Shown here in pieces: positions 8,173-14,256 of a stretch of DNA of 23,653 bases. This DNA is from an uncultured Bacilli bacterium (GTDB lineage: Bacteria; Bacillota_I; Bacilli_A; RF39; UBA660). The notes beneath the pieces were generated by a model. The model did not search any database. It saw only the letters and a list, made by a program, of their open reading frames with translations, and had not been told where the DNA came from. Both the position numbers and the translations under genes were made by a program. The stretch covers positions 1 through 23,653 of the forward strand of contig CATOJL010000005.1 of the NCBI GenBank assembly GCA_951800155.1, read 5' to 3'. How positions within the stretch are numbered: the first letter of the stretch is position 1; each line of letters opens with the position of its first letter.

Positions 8173-9618
8173 TTACATTGCCCTTCCCTTTGTTTCATAA
8201 TGACATAATTTTTTTAATTGTTCTTCATTTATGTATATAACTTTCCCACCTATTGGATTAATTTTTCTATCACCAAATACAATCCATATTGCATCAATAC
8301 GTGTACTTGGCATATTCGCCCATCCATCCGTAAAAATAATCTTATTCTCCACTCTTCTTGTAAAAGCATTTACAGCTACATCGAAATCAGTTCCACCACC
8401 ACCATAAAATGGTACTTTATCAATATCTGCTTCATTTTTAATTTCTGTGAAGCCATAAAATTTCGTATCAAAGCACCCTACTTTCACCTTTGAACTACTC
8501 AAAATATTTTTACACTCTCTTAAAAAGTTTCGAAGAAGTACCTCGTTAATAGAACCACTCGTATCCAATACAATTTCAGTTTCAGGTTGAGGCATTTCCT
8601 CTAAATAAGCGGTTACAACTCCATCTTCAATTCCTGCATTTTCATATGACCAATCTATTTCATATTTCACAGCTTCTTTTAACAATCTTCTCCAATCAAG
8701 TAAAGGTGCAGAGGTTCCAATCGAAGTTATGTTTCTTATATTCCTATTTGTAGTATCCCCACATCCATGTGATTGCCTTACCAGTGCATCTCTCAGTTCC
8801 TCTAGTTGTTTTTTTCGCTCTATTTTATTTTGCTTAAAAAAATCTTTTTCTCCCCGTTGCGACCATTTCTCAATATCTTCTTCTCTTTCATTTTCTTTCT
8901 CGGATTCCTGCTTTTTTTCGACTTCCCCTTGTGATTCATCCTTTGCCTCTCGCTTCTGTTTTTGTTCAGAAAACAATCGTTTCACTTTTGAGAGAAAACT
9001 ATCTTTTTCTACTGTTTGTTTTTCCTCTTCATCCATTAAATCCTTTTCACAACTACTTTTTTCTTCTCTATGCTTGTCCTCAATGGCTTTCTCCCACATA
9101 GCATGTGTATCATGTCCCACGTCATGATATCCACTTTCATTTTCATCGTTTTGTTGCCTACTATTTTCCTGATTATTTGATGAATCCTGCTTTTGACCTT
9201 CTTTATTTCTATTATCCTTCTCTTGTTGCTTCTTCTCTTCCAATAACTTTTGATAAAACTCTTCTGCATCATAATCAATTGCCTCAGAAATCGCAACTAC
9301 TCCGTCTACCAAAGGTAGTCCATCTTGTTTTAAAAATGCGTTTATAACTGCGTCAGTAGCTATATTCCATAAATCTTTCTCTCTTCCTTCACTCCGAAAT
9401 ATATGATTAAATGCAATATGACAAATCACATGAGCTAGGACAAATACTTGTTCTTCCTTTGAAAGAGAGGCCAAAAAAAGGGGATTGTAATATATCGTTT
9501 TTCCATCTGTTCCTGCCGTTTCTATTGATGATTCTTCCACAAAATGAGAATGAGCCACTACACTCCCAAATAAAGGATATTTCACCAACATTCTATTAAT
9601 AATTGATTCTATACACAT
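8173..9618 (-). CDS. DUF2201-type protein: N-terminal metallopeptidase-like domain, long K/E/Q-rich linker, C-terminal VWA-like domain
   Basis: The N-terminus (GTDGKTIYYNP ... VLAHVICHIAFNH ... LWNIATDAVINAFL) resembles the DUF2201_N putative peptidase. The C-terminus (VLDTSGSI ... GGGGTDFDVAV ... IIFTDGW) is a VWA/MIDAS-like fold. Residues ~125-270 are low-complexity and charged. Confidence 0.75.
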   Translation of the reverse strand: MCIESIINRMLVKYPLFGSVVAHSHFVEESSIETAGTDGKTIYYNPLFLASLSKEEQVFVLAHVICHIAFNHIFRSEGREKDLWNIATDAVINAFLKQDGLPLVDGVVAISEAIDYDAEEFYQKLLEEKKQQEKDNRNKEGQKQDSSNNQENSRQQNDENESGYHDVGHDTHAMWEKAIEDKHREEKSSCEKDLMDEEEKQTVEKDSFLSKVKRLFSEQKQKREAKDESQGEVEKKQESEKENEREEDIEKWSQRGEKDFFKQNKIERKKQLEELRDALVRQSHGCGDTTNRNIRNITSIGTSAPLLDWRRLLKEAVKYEIDWSYENAGIEDGVVTAYLEEMPQPETEIVLDTSGSINEVLLRNFLRECKNILSSSKVKVGCFDTKFYGFTEIKNEADIDKVPFYGGGGTDFDVAVNAFTRRVENKIIFTDGWANMPSTRIDAIWIVFGDRKINPIGGKVIYINEEQLKKLCHYETKGRAM

Positions 9619-9628
9619 ATACTATTCC

Positions 9629-10030
9629 CTATATTTGAGCACATAAAGAATATACTTCTTCATTTATCTTATGAACACTTAAATCAGAACAGGTGGCAAT
9701 AATCAAGCAATTTTGAGGTAAATCAAAAGTACTTACTTTTTTATATTTTAACAACTCTACAAATTTTGTTTGTTCTTCTAATGCAATCTCATTAATATTC
9801 TCAATCAATAAAATAACAGAACCTTTTTTGCTTTTTTCAATTAATTCTCGATACCATTCTGGTGGACAAAACTCTATGTTTTCATAATGTCCATTTAATG
9901 CCAGTCTATCCACATTTGCTTTTATAATCACTGCATTATCAAAAACAGTAGAAGGTATATTTTCAATTAATAAAGGAGAAAGACCAGACTGCATATAGTT
10001 CTCTAATAAATTTACTCTTTCTTTATTCAT
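9629..10030 (-). CDS. Small AAA-like protein lacking a Walker A motif (133 aa)
   Basis: GSVILLIENINEIALEEQTKFVELLKYKKVSTFDLPQNCLIIATCSD parallels the Walker-B/sensor-1 half of the upstream ATPase (HIIFFDELTNALPSIQGMAFNIVLDG..KWKLPDNARIVAAGND). No GxxxxGK[ST] is present. An ATGA start/stop overlap with the upstream gene and a strong AAGGAGG 9 nt upstream indicate translational coupling. Confidence 0.6.
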   Translation of the reverse strand: MNKERVNLLENYMQSGLSPLLIENIPSTVFDNAVIIKANVDRLALNGHYENIEFCPPEWYRELIEKSKKGSVILLIENINEIALEEQTKFVELLKYKKVSTFDLPQNCLIIATCSDLSVHKINEEVYSLCAQI

Positions 10031-11958
10031 TTTCTTATTCCTCCTTGGGTATTATTTTCAGACATTTTTATTTCGAGTAAGCGCTCCATTCTTGCTTCAT
10101 CCCCATGTGCCCACATAGATTCAAAAACAGCTCTTGGTTCCGCTCCTAATTTCTTCATAAAATCTCTTATGATTTCAAAATGTTCATCATCAACAGAAGA
10201 TAAGCCAACAGCTGTTGCAAATTTCTGTGATACATTCATCTCTAAATCTCCCTCAGAGTAATTATGCTGAATTACATCTTCAACACATAAAACCTGAAAA
10301 CTTACAAATGCAATAAAATCTCTTGTTAACTCCTCTCCTATTAAAGCACGAAGCATCTCTGGCTTCTTCGTTTTATAAAGTACCTTAGATGCCATCTCCC
10401 ATTTTCTTGGATCTGCATTTGGTTGATCACCTGTATAAGGTGTTCTTAATACATCACTACCACTATAAGATTTATAGGCCACATAAGCATAAATCGCAGG
10501 ATGAATTGGTAGTTCTAATTCCTCTTCTTTATAATCCAATCTCTCATATTTTCCCTTTGGTGTAGATGCCCATTTTAACCAACTATCTACCGTCGTTTGA
10601 ATATATACATGTGCAAAACGATTAAATAGTGGTTCTGCCATTTGGTTTGCAGCCAATGAATCATTTAAATCATTTCCAGCTGCCACTATTCTTGCATTAT
10701 CTGGTAATTTCCACTTACCATCGACTTCCCCATCTAATACAATATTGAATGCCATTCCTTGAATCGAAGGAAGAGCATTAGTAAGTTCATCAAAAAATAT
10801 AATATGAATTTTATTGGGTTCTCTCTCACATTTTTCTTTTACCTTTAAATACCATGTCGGTGCTACATCTATCATTTCGCCCATTTCTGCATTATACACA
10901 CTTTTTCCATTTAAACTATTTGGTGTCGCATTTCTCATATATATAATTTCACAATCTGGATCAAGCTGTTTCACCCTCGCTGATTTTCCCTCACTCGATC
11001 TACCATGTAAAAAAACAGAAACATTGCTTTCGATAGCACCTCTTATGATGTCTTCTTCGGATACATTATCAAATTGGAATCCATATGGGTTTTCTTTTCT
11101 CGACTTTTGCTTACTAAGTAAAGATTCCTCTTGATCCATTGCCCCTTGCAAATATGTTTGACTAGATACAATTTCTTTTGCAAAACAAGTATCCATAAAT
11201 TGTTTGATATCTGTTCGATCAAAATCACCATCATAATCTCTTATATGTTTAAATTGCACTCCAGAAAAAATAATTTTCTTACAAAGAGCAATATTCGCCA
11301 TTTCATCGATTAACCAAGAAATTGGCTCCACTTTCACCCAATACACATAACCTGATTGCACAGTTCTACCATCAGATAAAGTCGAACCATCTGCATTCAT
11401 ATCAGCCACAAAACGGATATACTTGCTTCCATTATACGCATACTCGATATGTTTTCGTGCTTTAAAATATATTTCTACGCTTTGAGAGTTTTCTGAATCC
11501 GTTGTATACTTTTTTCCTGTTATTCTTAAATTTCCGCTATTATAAAGTCCCTCTAATAGACTTGAACTTTTTTCATCCACTATCGTTTGTGGATATTCCC
11601 CATATTCTACTTCCTTACATCCGTTAGCACCTCTCACTTCGTTCGAGGAGATAGAGGAGATTGCAGAATAAGGTAAAGCGGGGCGAGAACCTACAGACCG
11701 TTTAGAAATATCGATCCAGTGCCTAGTGCCGTGTAAATTAACCGCGCGCGCATCATTGTCACCATCAGATGACTTTGTCCACCACCACCCAGTTCTATCC
11801 TTTCCTGTGTTTCCTTCGCTTGTATAATAGGACGATGCAAATCCCCCTAATAAAATAGAGAAATCTGTTATAGCACATGCTGTACCATATTTTCGAATTA
11901 TATCTAACTGATTGCTTCCAAATATCTGTTCATCCGTTAAAAATGTAAAATTGTTCAT
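10027..11958 (-). CDS. DGR target protein: N-terminal variable lectin-like (WW..S...G.RPAL type) domain + central beta-rich region + C-terminal MoxR/AAA_5-like ATPase
   Basis: It contains the VR (residues ~70-96 counted from ATG 11958). N-terminal signature: FLTDEQIFG...TGWWWTKSS...ARAV..G.......VGSRPALPY. ATPase motifs: Walker A VFLHGRSSEGKS, Walker B IHIIFFDELTNA, sensor-1 RIVAAGND, then LFNRFAHVYI. No signal peptide or TM helix is seen. The track start TTG 12006 has no SD. ATG 11958 is preceded by GGTGA at 7 nt. Confidence 0.85.
   Translation of the reverse strand: MNNFTFLTDEQIFGSNQLDIIRKYGTACAITDFSILLGGFASSYYTSEGNTGKDRTGWWWTKSSDGDNDARAVNLHGTRHWIDISKRSVGSRPALPYSAISSISSNEVRGANGCKEVEYGEYPQTIVDEKSSSLLEGLYNSGNLRITGKKYTTDSENSQSVEIYFKARKHIEYAYNGSKYIRFVADMNADGSTLSDGRTVQSGYVYWVKVEPISWLIDEMANIALCKKIIFSGVQFKHIRDYDGDFDRTDIKQFMDTCFAKEIVSSQTYLQGAMDQEESLLSKQKSRKENPYGFQFDNVSEEDIIRGAIESNVSVFLHGRSSEGKSARVKQLDPDCEIIYMRNATPNSLNGKSVYNAEMGEMIDVAPTWYLKVKEKCEREPNKIHIIFFDELTNALPSIQGMAFNIVLDGEVDGKWKLPDNARIVAAGNDLNDSLAANQMAEPLFNRFAHVYIQTTVDSWLKWASTPKGKYERLDYKEEELELPIHPAIYAYVAYKSYSGSDVLRTPYTGDQPNADPRKWEMASKVLYKTKKPEMLRALIGEELTRDFIAFVSFQVLCVEDVIQHNYSEGDLEMNVSQKFATAVGLSSVDDEHFEIIRDFMKKLGAEPRAVFESMWAHGDEARMERLLEIKMSENNTQGGIRK
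11671..11752 (-). repeat. DGR variable repeat (VR)
   Basis: 82 nt are colinear with 13251-13332. In the 73-nt core (11680-11752 vs 13260-13332), 58 positions are identical and 15 differ, all at purines of the TR sense strand. It is bounded by adenine-free GC clamps: TGCGCGCGCGGTT (5') and CGCCCCG (3'). Confidence 0.85.
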
Positions 11959-12011
11959 ATATAAATCACCAACTATATCATAACATAAATTTCCTTTTTT
12001 TGACAAATTTT

Positions 12012-13034
12012 CTATTGAAAAGGAAATGTATCCATTTTTAATTTTTTACTCTCTTTTGTGTCTTTTATATGATTATAAAAGGCATTTTTTCGAAGATACA
12101 CATATTCATCATCTACTATTCCTTTTTTATATAACTTATTTACCGTTTTTAAATGTTTTTTCAAACGTTGCTTTGATGTATATCTTAGCTTCATAATGAT
12201 TTTCCCATGATTCATTAAGATATGCCGATATCCTAAAAAATCAATTCCATTTTTTACCATTCCAATTTGTGTTTTATTATTTAATTCTAAATCCAATAAT
12301 TCTTTACATAGCTTTTCTATTTTAGTTTTACATAAAGCTAAGTACTTTTTATCCCTATGAACTAAAATCATATCATCCATATATCGCACATACCCTTTTA
12401 TTTGTAATTGCTCTTTTATATAATGGTCAACTTTATTTAAATATAAAAGGGCAAACCATTGACTAGACTGATTGCCAAGTGGTAAACCAATATTAGCACA
12501 ATTTGGTTGTTCATCAATTAACTTTTTTATCATCCACATCTCATCTTCTGAAAAATTGAGTTCTTCTAAAAGATGAATTAATATACTATGATTTATACTT
12601 GGAAAATATTTACGAATATCACATTTTAAGAAATATATATCATTATTTTTTTCTTTCCCATACTCTTTTTTCAAAAATGTATGTAATCTTTCTATAGCAA
12701 AAGTTGTCCCTTTCCCCTTTCGACATGCACAATTGTCATAGATTAATTTTTTATCTATTTTAGGTTTTAAACAAACATCACAAAAACATCGAATCATTAC
12801 TCGATCTTTAAAAGGTAAAGCTTCTATCAATCTCTCTTTCGGTTCATAAATATAAAACTCTTTATATTTGCCCATTGCATATTTCTTCCCTACCAATTCT
12901 TTATGCAAAACAGATAAGTTAAAAGACAAATTTGATTCAAATCGAATCACCTCTCCTTTATGTTGTTTTGCTATTCTACAATTTTTATATGCAACATTTA
13001 AATTTTCAAAAGAAAATATTTCGTCCAATCGCAT
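12012..13034 (-). CDS. DGR-type reverse transcriptase
   Basis: YIYEPKERLIEALPFKDRVMIRCF (RT motifs 1-2), GLPLGNQSSQWFALLYLN (the DGR-diagnostic GNxxSQ in motif 4), VRYMDDMILV (YMDD catalytic box) and GIDFLGYR. ATG 13034 (MRLDEIFSFENL) has GGGGAGG 5 nt upstream. The track extension to 13073 has no SD. Confidence 0.9.
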   Translation of the reverse strand: MRLDEIFSFENLNVAYKNCRIAKQHKGEVIRFESNLSFNLSVLHKELVGKKYAMGKYKEFYIYEPKERLIEALPFKDRVMIRCFCDVCLKPKIDKKLIYDNCACRKGKGTTFAIERLHTFLKKEYGKEKNNDIYFLKCDIRKYFPSINHSILIHLLEELNFSEDEMWMIKKLIDEQPNCANIGLPLGNQSSQWFALLYLNKVDHYIKEQLQIKGYVRYMDDMILVHRDKKYLALCKTKIEKLCKELLDLELNNKTQIGMVKNGIDFLGYRHILMNHGKIIMKLRYTSKQRLKKHLKTVNKLYKKGIVDDEYVYLRKNAFYNHIKDTKESKKLKMDTFPFQ

Positions 13035-13411
13035 AAAATCCTCCCCAAAAAATAGACACCCCTTATAACGCACAAAGAGTCCCCTGACTCGTTGCTTGTG
13101 TGAGTGTCCCTAATTCTTCCATCGCAAACTTAGGATGATATCCTTTAGCGATTAGAAAAGAAGAAAATTTCTTCACCTTACAATACGGATATATTTTTCT
13201 TAAAATATATTTCTCTGATTTGTTTTCTGAATTCAATAAAATTCCTTCAAAAGTGAATCGGGGCGATCCCCTACATCCCGTTTAGAAACATTGTTTCAGT
13301 TCCTATTTCCGTTTTAATCAACCGCGCGCGCAAGACAGCAACAGGGGCTCAAGACAAAGCACGCACAAAAATAAATTTTCTTCTTAATTAAAGGCTTTTC
13401 AACCTAAAATC
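13035..13411 (-). ncRNA. DGR template RNA region (TR plus RT-proximal structured spacer)
   Basis: Non-coding interval between avd and the RT. It is visibly more GC-rich than its surroundings. It contains the TR and an imperfect long hairpin near the RT start, with sense-strand nested stems GACAC/GTGTC, CACAA/TTGTG and GAGTC-AGGG-GACTC (about 13057-13110). Transcript boundaries are not determinable. Confidence 0.55.
13251..13332 (-). repeat. DGR template repeat (TR)
   Basis: Non-coding copy of the VR. Read in the VR frame it gives A R A V D * N G N R N * N N V S K R D V G D R P. It is rich in AAC/AAT codons, which is typical of TRs. Confidence 0.85.
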
Positions 13412-13996
13412 CTAATTTCTTTTTCTCCATCTCTCATCATCACTTTTCTTCCAAGCAACGATCAAATTAATAGTTTCTGCCAATTGCATCGAAATTTGCT
13501 TATATTGCTTTTGTAAAATGCAACCTGAACTCTCTGCAACCATAGCTATATAACCAAGCAATTTTAATTTCACAATCGCTTCTTTTTGATTCTGTTCCCT
13601 TTTTTCCTTATGTGTCATTGAGTCTATACGAATAAAATTTGCTTCCAACAAATACTCAATGGTATCTAAACAATAATTCTGCATCCGATTTACAAATACA
13701 CCTCCAAATTTTTTAGGTGATTTTTCGGTAACTGCAATAACATATGCACATAATTTTTTAGCTACTGTAATCACCACTAAATCGTTCGCATTGGAGGGAA
13801 TCTTTTCTATCACTTTCCATTCTTTATCCTCAGCTTCCAGTTTTTCTCTCATCTTTGATTCATTAAACTTTTCACTAGTCGCTAGTGCTACTCCCTTCTT
13901 AATAGCAAGCGTAGAATCTATATCATTCGCGGTTCTTTCCACAATCTCTATTTTTTTAGGAATTTTCAAATGATTATCTCTACTCACCTGTAACAT
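13412..13996 (-). CDS. avd: Avd-like DGR accessory protein (four-helix-bundle, 23S rRNA IVS-protein family) with an N-terminal extension
   Basis: The C-terminal ~125 aa (VAKKLCAYVIAVTEKSPKKF...RMQNYCLDTIEYLLEANF...IVKLKLLGYIAMVAESSGCILQKQYKQISMQLAETINLIVAWKKS) follow the Avd helix pattern, including the terminal W-K-K-S. It sits immediately upstream of the TR and RT. The first ~70 aa are extra. Confidence 0.75.
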   Translation of the reverse strand: MLQVSRDNHLKIPKKIEIVERTANDIDSTLAIKKGVALATSEKFNESKMREKLEAEDKEWKVIEKIPSNANDLVVITVAKKLCAYVIAVTEKSPKKFGGVFVNRMQNYCLDTIEYLLEANFIRIDSMTHKEKREQNQKEAIVKLKLLGYIAMVAESSGCILQKQYKQISMQLAETINLIVAWKKSDDERWRKRN

Positions 13997-14028
13997 ATGA
14001 CCACAGCCTTACTTATATAAATAGATGC

Positions 14029-14066
14029 ATCTAGAAAAATTTTCCTAGATACCTTCTAGATACCTT
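14029..14066. promoter_or_regulatory. Operator-like repeats in the divergent avd / SEDS intergenic region
   Basis: Tandem 11-bp direct repeat CTAGATACCTT x2 (14045-14055, 14056-14066). The inverted pair ATCTAG (14029-14034) / CTAGAT (14045-14050) overlaps it. The site is 30-70 nt upstream of the avd ATG on the minus strand. Confidence 0.3.
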
Positions 14067-14256
14067 CAAGTGCTTTATAGTATATCACCTTTTTTCTGCT
14101 TTGAATAGTCCTATTATATATAAATACAACTCTTCTATTCTATATAGATTTTCACCTATTTATAATCAACACAGGTTCTTTTAAAAAGTATGTCGAAGAA
14201 AGAGAGATGAATTGTAATTAAATATATATTTTAGTAAGATAAAGTTGGTGATTAGA

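Larger units (their letters stand above)
11671..13996 (-). other. Diversity-generating retroelement core (avd - TR - spacer - RT - VR)
   Basis: An Avd-like ORF, a non-coding template repeat, a DGR-type RT and a cognate adenine-biased variable repeat co-occur on one strand within 2.3 kb. Confidence 0.85.

Noticed and set aside
8729-9347. Track ORFs on the + strand (8729-9127, 9105-9347) and a - strand alternate frame (9036-9296) inside the VWA gene.
   Set aside because: They overlap the low-complexity K/E/Q-rich linker, whose compositional bias keeps other frames open. Their products are Ser/Phe/Cys-rich nonsense with no SD, whereas the 481-aa frame has recognisable domains.
11959-12006. TTG start at 12006 for the DGR target (the 659-aa version in the ORF track).
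   Set aside because: No Shine-Dalgarno precedes it, and it would begin only 5 nt after the RT stop. ATG 11958 has GGTGA at 7 nt. The upstream start cannot be excluded, and it does not change any conclusion.
13035-13073. N-terminal extension of the RT ORF (MRYKGCLFFGEDF).
   Set aside because: A strong GGGGAGG lies 5 nt before ATG 13034, and the family-typical N-terminus begins there. The extension lies in the structured spacer.
12012-13411. The RT plus upstream non-coding RNA could be a retron (msr/msd + RT) or a group II intron RT.
   Set aside because: The RT has the DGR-diagnostic GNxxSQ motif (LPLGNQSSQ) and an EPKxRxI block, not retron VTG/YADD-type features. There is no maturase/X domain or intron RNA structure. 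An Avd-like gene and a cognate adenine-biased repeat pair are present, which fit a DGR specifically.
14045-14066. Tandem repeat as a possible CRISPR or minisatellite array.
   Set aside because: There are only two 11-bp units with no spacers, and nothing CRISPR-like occurs elsewhere in the window.
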